Of a stretch of 64,000 nt of DNA, positions 9,261 through 19,682 are shown piece after piece; positions within the stretch are counted from its first letter, which is position 1; every line of letters starts with the position of its first letter. Position numbers and translations under genes: made by a program. This DNA is from Planctomycetota bacterium (GTDB lineage Bacteria; Planctomycetota; UBA1135; GCA-002748355), in NCBI GenBank assembly GCA_002748355.1, contig PDSF01000046.1:204-64203 (forward strand), in the 5' to 3' direction. The notes beneath the pieces are model-generated. The model had not been told where the DNA came from. It saw nothing but the letters and a program-made list of their open reading frames with translations, and ran no database searches.

Positions 9261-10640
9261 ATGAGTAAGGCTAGAGAGCGAATCATGGAGAATCGAGGCA
9301 GGGGTCGCGGGATGCTCCGTGGCGGCGACGGCATGCGCATCGCGATCCTGCTTCTAGCTGCACTCACGCTTGGAGCCATCGTCCTGGGTGGCGACATGTT
9401 CTTCGCTCCAATGACCGCGCCGAAGAAACCGGAAACCGCCAAGATTGTGCACCAGGTGCCGATCCCGGACATCAACGGCAAGCTTCTCGAGCAGACAAAG
9501 GACGCCACTGCAGACCAGCGATTCGTGCTCGAGCCGGAGATCTACGAACACCTCCTGGTCCGCTCCACCGATATCGCCCCAGGCAGCCTGCGCGCCCTGG
9601 GCATGAAGGAGAGCAGCTACACCGTCGCCCAGCTCCGCAAGCAGCCAGAACGCTATCGTGGCAAGCCGATTTGGTTCGAGGGCGAGATCGAGCGCCTCGA
9701 ACAAGACACCAAGCGGATCCCAGGATTGCCCAACACCCGGACTCGCGGCCTGCTGCGCACCGATTCCGGTGATCCGGTGTTTTTCACCGTCGTGGGTGAT
9801 GTTTCAAAGCAACTCACCAAAGGTAGCTACGCACGCGTCGAAGGCATCTTCTTCAAACTCCGTGACGAACGCTTTCCCGAGCGAATCGATAAGGCGCCCT
9901 TCATCGTCGGCATGGACCTACGAGCATCCTTCCGGAAATGGGAGCCGGTCAAGACACTCGACCCGAGCATCCTCTCCAAAATCCACGACACTACGCCAGA
10001 AGAGGCCGCAGAGACTGAAGAGATTCCTCTCTACCACCTCATCTCGTATGCCATGAATCAGCCCCGCGAGGGCGAGTGGAAGCAGGCCTATCCTGACCTC
10101 GATGCGAAGGCCTCGCGCGCGATTATGGAGCAAGACGGTAGCGTCAAGCGCGGCGCGCCGTTCCGGCTCAACGCGGCGCTCTTCCAAACCCACACGGTTG
10201 CTGCCGAAGCCAACCCGCTGGGCGTGGATTTCTGGACCAAAGCCTGGATCGAACATCCCGACATCGGAACCGTGCAGATCCAGATGCCTGGCCGCCTCGA
10301 AGGCGAGTGGAACATGGACGACTACGTTGTCGTATACGGCCATTTCTTCAAGCGCACGTACTACGAGACTCTCCCCAAGAACGGCTCACGCCACTTCAAG
10401 ATGGCCCCCTTCTTCGTCGCCGACACCATGCTGCACTGGCGCCTCAAGGAGAACGCCAACGACGCAACGGTCAAACTCATTATGACCGTGGTTACCATCA
10501 TCCTGATCCTGGCCATGGTCATGCTAGTGATCCGTGACAGCCGCTCGAACCATCATGTTCGCGATGCGCTGATCGAACGGCGGCGCCAGCGGCGGCTCGC
10601 GAAGAACAAGAACGAGGAGCAAGGACGAAGGACACAATGA
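9261..10640 (+). CDS. Hypothetical membrane protein (N- and C-terminal TM helices, large middle domain)
   Basis: TM helices at IAILLLAALTLGAIVLGG and LIMTVVTIILILAMVMLVI. The stop overlaps the aroB start (ATGA). The exact start is uncertain. Confidence 0.55.
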   Translation: MSKARERIMENRGRGRGMLRGGDGMRIAILLLAALTLGAIVLGGDMFFAPMTAPKKPETAKIVHQVPIPDINGKLLEQTKDATADQRFVLEPEIYEHLLVRSTDIAPGSLRALGMKESSYTVAQLRKQPERYRGKPIWFEGEIERLEQDTKRIPGLPNTRTRGLLRTDSGDPVFFTVVGDVSKQLTKGSYARVEGIFFKLRDERFPERIDKAPFIVGMDLRASFRKWEPVKTLDPSILSKIHDTTPEEAAETEEIPLYHLISYAMNQPREGEWKQAYPDLDAKASRAIMEQDGSVKRGAPFRLNAALFQTHTVAAEANPLGVDFWTKAWIEHPDIGTVQIQMPGRLEGEWNMDDYVVVYGHFFKRTYYETLPKNGSRHFKMAPFFVADTMLHWRLKENANDATVKLIMTVVTIILILAMVMLVIRDSRSNHHVRDALIERRRQRRLAKNKNEEQGRRTQ

Positions 10641-11782
10641 GCGAGGCTGTGCGGCGTCTTTGGTTCCCCTTCCGCGAAAACACTGCGGTATCGACTGGGA
10701 TCCTGCTCGGCGCCGGCTTGCGCCTCAAACTCGGCGCCTTGCTCGACGAGCACTTCAAAGGCGCCCCCCGGGTCGTCCTTGTCGACCAGGGAGCTTGGAA
10801 GCATTGGGGCGAGCACGTCGCCAGCACGCTCGGCCCCGCAACGAAGCTCATCGAACTGCCCGGTGGCGAAGCCTGTAAAACGCCAGAACAGTGGATCGCG
10901 AGCTGCCGACAGCTCATTCAATTTGGACTCCCTCGAAACGGCTATCTCGTCGCCATCGGCGGCGGCGCCACCTGTGACCTCGCCGGCGCCGTTGCCGCCA
11001 CCCATCTCCGCGGCATCCGTATCGCCCAGGTGCCAACGACACTACTCGCCATGGTCGACGCGGGACTGGGCGGCAAATGCGCCGTCAATCTTCCGGAAGG
11101 CAAAAACCTCCTCGGCGTCTTTCATAACCCAGAACTCCTGATCGTGGACCCGGAGTTCCTGCGAACCCTAAGTAGCGAAGAACTCCGCGCCGGATTCGGC
11201 GAAATATGCAAGTACGCTGTGGGCTTCTCCTCCGACCTCTACGACACCCTCGATAAGCTCCCCACCGACGAAGCGCACAAGCCAACCATCCATTATGACA
11301 ATGTCGCTCCCGAGTTCTGGGATGGTGTGCTCGAATACTGCCTAACCATCAAAGGCAATATCGTGAGCGAGGACCCTCGCGAAGGCGAAGCTGGAAAGCG
11401 CATCCTCCTCAACCTCGGCCACACCTCAGCCCACGCCCTCGAAACCCTGGCGGCTCGCCGGGGAAAGCATCTTCCACACGGAATAGCTGTGGGCCTCGGC
11501 CTCCGCGTAGCCCTCGAACTCGCCGGTTATCTCGGCCGATACCCCAAAAGCGAGCGGCTAATCGCCCATCGCATCCTGAGCCGCTTTGGCCAACTCGAGC
11601 GCCTTCCCTGGACCGAAGCCTTCCCCAGGGACGAACTCCTCGAACTCTTAGCTCACGACAAGAAACGCCGCAACGACTGGCTCCGCATCATCCTCCCCCT
11701 TCCGCGCAACAACTCGATCCGCTACGAGCTAAAAGCGGAAGAGTTCGTCGAGAGGATGCGCCCCCTGTTCGCGGAGAGCTGA
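10637..11782 (+). CDS. aroB: 3-dehydroquinate synthase
   Basis: GGGATCDLAGAVAATHLRGIRIAQVPTTLLAMVDAGLGGKCAVN and LNLGHTSAHALE motifs. Length 381 aa. Confidence 0.85.
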   Translation: MSEAVRRLWFPFRENTAVSTGILLGAGLRLKLGALLDEHFKGAPRVVLVDQGAWKHWGEHVASTLGPATKLIELPGGEACKTPEQWIASCRQLIQFGLPRNGYLVAIGGGATCDLAGAVAATHLRGIRIAQVPTTLLAMVDAGLGGKCAVNLPEGKNLLGVFHNPELLIVDPEFLRTLSSEELRAGFGEICKYAVGFSSDLYDTLDKLPTDEAHKPTIHYDNVAPEFWDGVLEYCLTIKGNIVSEDPREGEAGKRILLNLGHTSAHALETLAARRGKHLPHGIAVGLGLRVALELAGYLGRYPKSERLIAHRILSRFGQLERLPWTEAFPRDELLELLAHDKKRRNDWLRIILPLPRNNSIRYELKAEEFVERMRPLFAES

Positions 11783-11800
11783 GCCGGCAGCAAGCAGCAA

Positions 11801-11819
11801 CGGATCGATCTACGATCCG
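11801..11819. terminator. Short hairpin between convergent aroB and gltX
   Basis: 7-bp stem cggatcg/cgatccg with the 5-nt loop atcta. The stem is short, so this is a weak call. Confidence 0.3.
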
Positions 11820-11860
11820 GGAGACCGGCAAAACCGGCCTGGCCCCTGGCCAAATGCCTT

Positions 11861-13471
11861 TCAGCTCCCTGCTTTGAGCATCTCGATCGCGCGACGTAGA
11901 CGCAGCTCTACTTGCTCATGGCCGAGCAGGTAAACAATATCGAACATCCCCGCACCTTGGGTCGAGAAGCTCAGAGCTGCGCGCAGCGGATGGACCAGCT
12001 GACCAAAGCCAATTCCGAGTTGCTCGGCAACCTCGCGTGCAGCTTGCTCCAACTTCGCCGGTGGCGTGAAGCTGGTGCCGCTTGGGACCGTATCCTCTTT
12101 TTTGGTCGGCAGCTTCAGCTCTCGATCCGCAGCTTCGGGGCGATCCGCACCCGACGGGGGCAATTGCATATCCGGCACGGCCTCAAGATAGGCCTGGAGG
12201 TAGCTCGCAATCTCGGGCTTTTTCTTGAGGCTCTTGAGCGCTTTGGCTTCGTAGTCAAGGTCGTCGCGAACAAAGAAGCTGATCTTCTCGGGCAACTCGC
12301 TGTACAGGTGAATCCTCTCCTGATAGCAGGCAAGCACGGCCTCGAACCAGGCTGCGCGCTGCTCGACCTCCTCCGCGCTCATGAGTCCCGCCCCCGCAAC
12401 GAAGGGCGTAACCTGTTCACGCAGAGCAGACAGCTCCATTTCGCGAATATAGTGCCCACACATCCACAACAACTTGTCCTCGTCGAGCACCGCCCCGCCC
12501 TTTGATACCGCACTCAACTGGAAACGCTCCAAGGCCTCGTCCATCGTGAAGACATCGCGCTCGGCATCGAAGCCCCAGCCCAGACGAGTGAAGAAGTTGA
12601 CCAGCGCCGGAGCCGGATAACCCAGGTCTCGATAATCGAGCAGGTTGGTATTCGCCACGCGCTTACTAAGCTTCTTACCGTCCTTACCGAGAATGAGCGG
12701 TAGGTGCGCAAACTCAGGGCGCTTGGCACCGATGGCATCCCAAATCAGGCACTGCTTGATGGTATTGGTCATGTGGTCGTTGCCGCGAATCACATGAGTG
12801 ATCCGCATGTCCACATCATCAAGTGCACTGCAGAGGTTGTAGAGCGGACTTCCGTCCTGGCGCAGCAGTACAAAATCGTCAATCTCTTCGTGCTGGACCT
12901 CGATATCGCCCTGGATCTGGTCATGCAAGCGGGTGCTGCCTTCGGGGACCTTGATACGCACAGTAAAAGGAATGCCCTCGGCCATGTTCTTGGCTCGCTC
13001 CTCATCGCTCAGATGGCGACAGCGACGATCGTACATGGGGCGGCTGTATTCCTTCTGCATACGCTCACGTCCGGCCTGGACCTCCTCCGGCGAGCAGAAG
13101 CAGGGGTAGGCCTGACCTTTCGCCAGCATGGCGTCGACGCAGGCCCGATAAGCCTCCATGCGCTGGCTCTGGAAGTACGGGCCGTATTCGCCGCCCTTCT
13201 CGGGCCCCTCATCCCAGTCGAAGCCGAGCCAGCGCAAGCTGTCCAAGCAGTTCTGCAGGTAGGCCTCGGTCGAGCGCTCCTGGTCAGTGTCATCGATGCG
13301 CAGGACGAAGCGACCGCCAACACTCCGCACAAAGAGCCAGTTATAGAGAGCCGTTCGCGCCCCCCCGATGTGGAAGGGGCCAGTCGGCGAGGGGGCGAAG
13401 CGGACACGGACGTCGGATGCAGGCACAGAAGAGTTCCCCGGCTTTCGTGGTTTCGAGCGATTCAGGGGCAA
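11861..13471 (-). CDS. gltX: Glutamyl-tRNA synthetase
   Basis: Class I signatures RFAPSPTGPFHIGGARTALYNW (HIGH) and KLSKR (KMSKS). Confidence 0.9.
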   Translation of the reverse strand: MPLNRSKPRKPGNSSVPASDVRVRFAPSPTGPFHIGGARTALYNWLFVRSVGGRFVLRIDDTDQERSTEAYLQNCLDSLRWLGFDWDEGPEKGGEYGPYFQSQRMEAYRACVDAMLAKGQAYPCFCSPEEVQAGRERMQKEYSRPMYDRRCRHLSDEERAKNMAEGIPFTVRIKVPEGSTRLHDQIQGDIEVQHEEIDDFVLLRQDGSPLYNLCSALDDVDMRITHVIRGNDHMTNTIKQCLIWDAIGAKRPEFAHLPLILGKDGKKLSKRVANTNLLDYRDLGYPAPALVNFFTRLGWGFDAERDVFTMDEALERFQLSAVSKGGAVLDEDKLLWMCGHYIREMELSALREQVTPFVAGAGLMSAEEVEQRAAWFEAVLACYQERIHLYSELPEKISFFVRDDLDYEAKALKSLKKKPEIASYLQAYLEAVPDMQLPPSGADRPEAADRELKLPTKKEDTVPSGTSFTPPAKLEQAAREVAEQLGIGFGQLVHPLRAALSFSTQGAGMFDIVYLLGHEQVELRLRRAIEMLKAGS

Positions 13472-13617
13472 AGATCATGCGGAAGTAGCCCGAGATGTCG
13501 ACACACTGGATGGCTCAGCAGCAAGCCCAGAGCAAGACGCAGGCTCAGCAAAGTAGGGCACCCTCCCTGGCCCCCAGCGCCAGAGCAGAGCCCCCCGCGT
13601 AGCCCCAAAAGGGCCGC

Positions 13618-15600
13618 TTAGCCGCCGCGAATCTGCTTCAGGGCCTTGCGTGCGGCCGGGGGGACATAGGCCGATCGATCCTGCCGACTCATGGCCTCGA
13701 CCTTGGCGACGACCTGCCGCAAGTGCTTCCCCAGCTTTTGCCGGGCCCCGATCGAGCCCAGGGCAGTAATGGCCCGCCAACGGATGTGCTCTGCCTCATC
13801 CTGCAAGCACTTCATCAGCGCCGGCACGACAGCCGCGTCTCCGATCGCGCCCAGCGCTTCGAGCGCTGCCCGCCGCACCCGCCCGCTCGGCGCCTCAAGC
13901 AGAGGCAGCAGTTGCAGCGCCAAGTCCGGCCGCGCCACCGCAGCTTTGCCCAGGGCCGCAATCGCCGCGACCTGCACCTCCGGCTCCGACCGCTGCAAGA
14001 GCGCGGCAAAACGCGAGAGCCGCTCCGGGCTCTTGCCTCCGACCTGCATCAGGGTCCGCGTTGCCGCGACACAGAGCTTAGGCTCCAGGCTCGCGAGCAG
14101 CGGCTGCACCCAAGCCCCAGCCTCAGCAGCTGCGCTGCCCATCTGGCCTATGGCTCGCAAGATCTCGACCTTGTGCGCGTAGTTCTCGTCTTCGAGAGCT
14201 GCACGCAAGCGCGGCAGCGTTGCCGGCCCAATCCCCGCGATCGCCTGAATAGCCCAGAAGCGCACCCGCTCGTCCCCATTTCCCAGTGCGCTCAGCAGCT
14301 CATCAAGCACCGGCAGTGCATCCGCGCCGTAGATCCTGAGCGCCTGCGCCACGTGATAACCCTGCTCTTCGTCACCGCTGCGCAGAAGCCTCACCAGCTT
14401 GGGCAGGATGTCCTTACTCTCCTTGCCAATCCGGGCTAGCGCAGTCAGCGCCAGAATCCTCACAGGCGGCAGTTCGTCATCGAGCGCCAAGGAAAGCGCC
14501 TCTACAACCGAGGCATCGCCCTGCCCAATACTCGCGATCGCATGTGCAGCTCCCCAGCGCAAATGCGGGTCAGGGTCCTTGAGCAGCGCAGCGATCTCGG
14601 AACTCAGAGCTTCGACTGGCTTGCCCCCAGCCCCAATGTTCTCGAGCATCTCTTTGGCTAACTGAGGATTCTCCTTGGCTTTGATGAACTCGAGCTGCGC
14701 CAGGGCCCCTGCTCGCCCGCATCGACGCAAGCCTTCGAGCGCGAAACGACGCAAGCTGGGCTCTGCCGCCATCTTCACCAATAGCTTCAATTGCTCAGGA
14801 GCCGGGACCGCCAAGGAAGCAAGACCAATGCAGGCAGCCTCCCGATCCTCGACGCTCTTTGCCGATTTTTCGAACTTGAGCAGCGCCGGCAGAGCCTTGG
14901 GACCGATACGGCCAACGGACTGGGCTGCGGCGGCACGAACCATGCCGTCCGGATCACGCATGCTTGCGATCATCAGATCCAACTGAGTCATCGCCAGCTC
15001 CCCCACCTGAGCCAGGGCCAAGGCTGCACTGCGGCGCAACGGAGCATTCTTGGACCGAAGCTGGGAAGCGAGATCCGCGGCCAGTTCCTGGCTCGGATCG
15101 GCCAGCTTCGCATAGACCACAACAGCCACGCACTGGACCCTGAGAGAAGGATCCCCCCAGAGCTTGCGAATATCCTTGGCTGCTACAGCGGCTGCAGGCA
15201 CTCCAATGCGGCCGAGCACCTCGATCGCATACCCGCGCACTCGTTCAACCTCACTGGACAGCAAGCTGCGCAAGGCAGAGACGGCCGGAGCAGCGTCCGC
15301 ATCCATCCCTCGAAGAGCGCGAAATGCGCAGATCAGGACATCCACGTCCTCGGTCTCTCTCAGCAACTGGGCAAGCATCGGCGCAGCAACAGCACCGAAC
15401 TCACTCAAGCGATGGGCCGCCTCGACCTTCTGCGCAAATGCGCCAGTCTTGAGCGTCTGGATCCATTCCCCGATCTCCGGCCGCTTGTCTTGCGCGGCCG
15501 GAGCCTGAGCTAGAGACCCGAGCTGGGCTTGGGACAAAGCGAAGGGAGAGAGCGGAGCGAAAAGCAGCGCCGCGACAGCAAGAGGCAAGAGAAACGACAT
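13618..15600 (-). CDS. Secreted HEAT-repeat protein
   Basis: Signal peptide MSFLLPLAVAALLFAPLSPFALSQA. It is followed by many repeats of about 30-40 aa of the form xxVRxxAAxALGxIG. Confidence 0.7.
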   Translation of the reverse strand: MSFLLPLAVAALLFAPLSPFALSQAQLGSLAQAPAAQDKRPEIGEWIQTLKTGAFAQKVEAAHRLSEFGAVAAPMLAQLLRETEDVDVLICAFRALRGMDADAAPAVSALRSLLSSEVERVRGYAIEVLGRIGVPAAAVAAKDIRKLWGDPSLRVQCVAVVVYAKLADPSQELAADLASQLRSKNAPLRRSAALALAQVGELAMTQLDLMIASMRDPDGMVRAAAAQSVGRIGPKALPALLKFEKSAKSVEDREAACIGLASLAVPAPEQLKLLVKMAAEPSLRRFALEGLRRCGRAGALAQLEFIKAKENPQLAKEMLENIGAGGKPVEALSSEIAALLKDPDPHLRWGAAHAIASIGQGDASVVEALSLALDDELPPVRILALTALARIGKESKDILPKLVRLLRSGDEEQGYHVAQALRIYGADALPVLDELLSALGNGDERVRFWAIQAIAGIGPATLPRLRAALEDENYAHKVEILRAIGQMGSAAAEAGAWVQPLLASLEPKLCVAATRTLMQVGGKSPERLSRFAALLQRSEPEVQVAAIAALGKAAVARPDLALQLLPLLEAPSGRVRRAALEALGAIGDAAVVPALMKCLQDEAEHIRWRAITALGSIGARQKLGKHLRQVVAKVEAMSRQDRSAYVPPAARKALKQIRGG

Positions 15601-15697
15601 CGCGAGAACGAAGCTAACAGAGTCCCACAGGGATGTCTTGCCGCCTTATTCTGGCGAAACCAAACCTGTCAGCACAAAAACAGCTATTGCTGCAGGC

Positions 15698-16759
15698 TCA
15701 GCCCCGCATCTGATCCACTCTCTTCCACTTCACCGTTGCCCGCGGCGACTCCATGTCCGCCCCCAAGAGAATCCTCCCCATAGGTAGAGTCACGCTGCTT
15801 CCCGGCAGCCGCCGGAAGTCCTCGAACAAGACCCGCATCCGCCGGGCCCCATCTCGGATCTCCAAGAGCAGCGGCAAACCCATTTCGGCCTCTAGATAAA
15901 TATCGAAACGCCGCTCCTTCGGCCTTAGGGCTGGCACCCTAGGCCCAATCAGCCGAGAGATATCCCCACTCCGCTCCCGCAAGCGCAACCGGATATAACT
16001 CCTTCCCAGCAATACGACTCGCTGTTCGCTTTCGAGTTCGAAACGAGTTCGATCGCCAAACACGAAAGGAAAACGCGCGAGAAGCCCCCAGACCTCGAGC
16101 AGCTCCTTCGCTTGCTTCTCTCGATCCGGTCGCTCGAGCCCGGCGCTACGGGCCCAGTTGCGCCTCCCGCTCCGCCCATAACTATCCCCGAGCGTCCACT
16201 CCACCGTATCACTGCGCGCGCGCCGCACGTCCAATACATGATGGAACTGATGCTCGAAGACTCTCTCACCATGTCGATCAATGCCGCGAAAGAGCCGCAG
16301 CACTCGTATCTTACCTAGGGCCTCAAAACGCGAACGCCCACCCATCCGATCCAGCAATCGATCGATAGCGTCACGCTCCCGAATCGCCATGCTCATACCC
16401 AGCGGCTTTTTACGCCGCGCAGCTTCCTGCTCTCCAGCCTCCGTTGAGGGGCGCCCCATCTTCTCCTGCAAATCGGGGACTTTCGGGCTCTGCTGTTTGA
16501 GGCTCTGCTCCTCGAGACTCAACTCCTCCATCGGCGCCTCAAGCCCACCACGCGAGGGTGCCGCAGGCGTAACTTCACCCCGAGGAGGCGACACTGGCGC
16601 CGGAGCCGGCGTCTTGACGGGGAGTTCCCTCACCGGCTCGGCTTGCTTTGTTGGCTTCTTGGTCGCTCTAGCGGGCGGCAGCAGTTCTGGCTCTTGGGCA
16701 AATGCGGAAGTAGCCAGCAGCAGCAGAGTACAGAGACGGAGCGCAGGCATCGTTGGCAT
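15698..16759 (-). CDS. Hypothetical secreted protein with Pro-rich N-terminal region
   Basis: The ORF was trimmed to the ATG at 16759, which gives the signal peptide MPTMPALRLCTLLLLATSAFAQ. No family recognised. Confidence 0.55.
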   Translation of the reverse strand: MPTMPALRLCTLLLLATSAFAQEPELLPPARATKKPTKQAEPVRELPVKTPAPAPVSPPRGEVTPAAPSRGGLEAPMEELSLEEQSLKQQSPKVPDLQEKMGRPSTEAGEQEAARRKKPLGMSMAIRERDAIDRLLDRMGGRSRFEALGKIRVLRLFRGIDRHGERVFEHQFHHVLDVRRARSDTVEWTLGDSYGRSGRRNWARSAGLERPDREKQAKELLEVWGLLARFPFVFGDRTRFELESEQRVVLLGRSYIRLRLRERSGDISRLIGPRVPALRPKERRFDIYLEAEMGLPLLLEIRDGARRMRVLFEDFRRLPGSSVTLPMGRILLGADMESPRATVKWKRVDQMRG

Positions 16760-16819
16760 CGGAGCTTCCTCTGCCTCTGCATCGACACAATGCCCAGGTT
16801 TCCTGTATTCCTGGGCCAC

Positions 16820-18586
16820 ATGAATCGCTGCCAGCTCTCCCTCGCCCTCCCCACCCTCCTCCTATTCCTAGCATCCTGTGCCAGCAATCCGGGGCCGGTG
16901 CCGCCAGAGCCTGGTAGCCAAGCCGGTGCGGCGACGAGAGTATCCAACCCCGCCCTCAAGCTCCCTGCGGGCGCCTGGATCCAGCTCAAGGTCGAGATCG
17001 CCAGCCGCCGGAAGGACTACGCAGCCGCACTGCGCAGCTGGCTGCACGAGGCCCTCGCCCAGAGCCCCCACTTCGACTTCGCCCGCAATGGCACAGGCGA
17101 ATATCAACTGATCCTGCGAGGCAATGAGCCGGGGAGCGACAACGGCCATAGCCGGCTGGTGACGAGCCTGAAGCACGGCGAAGCTGAACTCATCCCGATC
17201 ACCGGTGTCGACTTCGCGCCTGGCAGCGCCATCGCGGCCATCGATCGCTTAGCGCTCGAAACCCGCCGCGCCCTGGGAGAACCGCAAACAACCCTGACTC
17301 GCGAAGCCCGCTCCTGTGGCCTGCTCGTCAGCACGAGCGAAGCCTGTGCCGCCCTTTGCGATCGGGCGATTCTAGAGCTCCAGGGAGGACATCGGATACG
17401 AGCGGCAAGCGAACTAGGGCACGCTCTCCGCATCGACGACCGAAGCCCACTGGCCCTGAGCCTGATGGCCGGCCTGCGCGCAGACCAAGGGCGCAGTCGG
17501 CAAGCAAATGAACTTGCCAGCCGCGTGCTCCAGCTCAGCGATCGAGCATCGCCATCCAGCTTCAGCCGGGCCCTGCGCATTCGCTACATGCAGGAGCGAA
17601 GCTTCGAAGAGCTACTCCTGGTCGCCGAAAAATCTATCGGCCAACGCCCGTACGACGCGGACCTACGCTTCAGCCGCGCTTTCGCACTTTGCATGCTCGG
17701 CCGCTATTCCGACTGCCACCAGGAACTCGTGAGCCTTCGGCGTCGCTTCCCGCACCGTCCGGGCCCACTCTACTGCCTAACCCACGCGCAACTGGCCTTG
17801 GGCCGAGCCAAAAGGGCTCTGGCGGCACGTGCCGACATAGAGAGTATCCTCCCCAAGCTCGTCAGCTTTCGGCTGATCGCCTTCTCACTGCTCCTGGCCA
17901 ATCAATTCGACGAACTCGCAACGCATCTGCGCCTGGGCTCCGAGCGCTTTGCTCGCGACCAAACGATTCCGGCCGAACTCATCAGCGAACTCAACGAGAT
18001 GCGCAGTGCCTTCGCGATCCTGCGCAACGACACTCAGAAGGCGACGGAATGCCTACTGGCAGAACTGGATCGCCTCCGAAGCGATTCTCGGCTGCTGCTA
18101 CGGCGGGCCGAACGACTACCAGCGATCGCTTGGTGCCTCGCTCGCATGGGGAAGGCGGAGGCTTCGCGGAGCTTCCTGACGGCGATGGATAAGCAAGAGC
18201 CGACACGGCAGGTCATCCCGTATCTAGAAACAGCGCGGGCCATTGCTCGAACTTGGTTGGCCAAGGGGCCGACAGATCGTGAACTCGCGGTGGTACGAAA
18301 CTTCGGCTTACTGACCTGGTCGGAACGACTGGCAGCGCAGCGGGCCACCCGCTCGGGTCGCTTCTCAGAGGCTGAAGCGCTGCTGAGAAGCGCAGTGACA
18401 CGGGGCGACTCTCTGGGGGCGGCATTGGAGCAGGCCGAACTGTGGGTGAGCCTAGGGCGCAGAGAGCAGGCCGGACCGCTACTCACAACCCTCCGCCGGG
18501 AACTCTACAAAGCACAGATGTCGGACCCGCGGGGCTTCGTTCTGAGCCGGCCGGAGCATGCCATGGTCGCGCAAGCAGCAAAGTAA
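16820..18586 (+). CDS. TPR-repeat lipoprotein
   Basis: The ORF was trimmed to the ATG at 16820, giving MNRCQLSLALPTLLLFLASC (lipobox). The remainder is helical-repeat and TPR-like. Confidence 0.65.
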   Translation: MNRCQLSLALPTLLLFLASCASNPGPVPPEPGSQAGAATRVSNPALKLPAGAWIQLKVEIASRRKDYAAALRSWLHEALAQSPHFDFARNGTGEYQLILRGNEPGSDNGHSRLVTSLKHGEAELIPITGVDFAPGSAIAAIDRLALETRRALGEPQTTLTREARSCGLLVSTSEACAALCDRAILELQGGHRIRAASELGHALRIDDRSPLALSLMAGLRADQGRSRQANELASRVLQLSDRASPSSFSRALRIRYMQERSFEELLLVAEKSIGQRPYDADLRFSRAFALCMLGRYSDCHQELVSLRRRFPHRPGPLYCLTHAQLALGRAKRALAARADIESILPKLVSFRLIAFSLLLANQFDELATHLRLGSERFARDQTIPAELISELNEMRSAFAILRNDTQKATECLLAELDRLRSDSRLLLRRAERLPAIAWCLARMGKAEASRSFLTAMDKQEPTRQVIPYLETARAIARTWLAKGPTDRELAVVRNFGLLTWSERLAAQRATRSGRFSEAEALLRSAVTRGDSLGAALEQAELWVSLGRREQAGPLLTTLRRELYKAQMSDPRGFVLSRPEHAMVAQAAK

Positions 18587-18680
18587 ACCCCAAGAGCCGG
18601 GGCAGAATGAAACATTGGGCCACAGCCGAGGCCCGTTTCATGCCGATCCAGGGGCAGGGCCCCCGCCCTACCCCCTACCG

Positions 18681-19682
18681 ATGTTGCGCCATCTATTCGA
18701 GACTCAGATCCGGCTGCTGCTCCGAAATCGCTCCATCCTCTGGATCACGGTGCTGTTGCCGCTCCTCCTGCATCCAGTGCTCGCCTTCGGACTGGGTCAG
18801 CTCGCCTGGTTACAAGGCCAAAGCCAGGAATCGGTATCGTCCATCGAGCAACTTCGAGCAGATCCACGCGTCCAGCAAGGTGCTGGCGGCCGACTACTCA
18901 TCGTTGATGCCGGGGAAACCGAAGCAGAAGCGCGTGCCGCCACGACGCTCGCACGCCGGCTACGGGAGAAGAAGCAAAGCGCAGCCCCCGCCAATAGCAC
19001 CGATTCAAGTCATCTCCTGCTGCACGAAATTCATATCCAGACACACCCAGCTCTGGTTCAGCGTCAACTAGTATCGATCGCCGTAATACTGATGCTCGTG
19101 CTCGCGATGTCCTGGCCAGCACTTGAGCTCACTGTCAGCGAAAGAAACCTGGGTCTCTCTGAAACCCTTGCGAGCACACCGCTCAACTCACGCAACCGAT
19201 CTCGCAGCAAAATACTCTGTATTGCTTCGATAGGCCTTATCTCCCTTATCGCTCACGGATCTGGGGTCTCGATCGCCCTGGCAGGCTCGGGTTTGCTTGG
19301 ATCCATTCCGGCTTTGCCCATCGGCGGCATTCTGCTCGCCTCCATAGGAGCAATCTCCTTTGTCACCTTCATGGGCGCACTGTTCTTATGGATAGGAACG
19401 CTCAGCGCTGAACCCGGAGAAGCCCACGCATGGTCGTGGCTGGTATTCGTCGTCCTTGCGGCAAGCATGCTCCCCGTGGTTATCGGAGTCTCGAATCCGG
19501 GGATGATCGCCTGCTTCCCAGGCCCCGGACACGCTTTGTGCCTAGATGCCGGATTATCTGGATCCGGAGTGTCGCCGGCAGTGGTTGCCTGCCTGATCCT
19601 AACGACGCTGCTCACCTCGGTGCTGGTGCAGGCTCTACAAAAACGCCTCGCTTCCTTCGAAACGGAGCTTAGTTACTCATGA
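18681..19682 (+). CDS. ABC-2 type transporter permease (NatB-like)
   Basis: The ORF was trimmed to the ATG at 18681. The N-terminus MLRHLFETQIRLLLRNRSILWITVLLPLL is typical of ABC-2 permeases. There are several C-terminal TM helices. The stop overlaps the ATPase start (ATGA). Confidence 0.65.
   Translation: MLRHLFETQIRLLLRNRSILWITVLLPLLLHPVLAFGLGQLAWLQGQSQESVSSIEQLRADPRVQQGAGGRLLIVDAGETEAEARAATTLARRLREKKQSAAPANSTDSSHLLLHEIHIQTHPALVQRQLVSIAVILMLVLAMSWPALELTVSERNLGLSETLASTPLNSRNRSRSKILCIASIGLISLIAHGSGVSIALAGSGLLGSIPALPIGGILLASIGAISFVTFMGALFLWIGTLSAEPGEAHAWSWLVFVVLAASMLPVVIGVSNPGMIACFPGPGHALCLDAGLSGSGVSPAVVACLILTTLLTSVLVQALQKRLASFETELSYS

Noticed and set aside
18442-19071. Cysteine-rich ORF (…RCCAIYSRLRSGCCSEIAPSSGSRCCCRSSCIQC…) just upstream of and overlapping the ABC/CPBP operon. 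It looked like a possible RiPP or bacteriocin precursor.
   Set aside because: It is an alternative frame of the well-supported ABC-2 permease N-terminus (18681 onward). Its Cys, Arg and Ser richness is what out-of-frame translation of GC-rich coding DNA produces. There is no independent start context or leader-like region.
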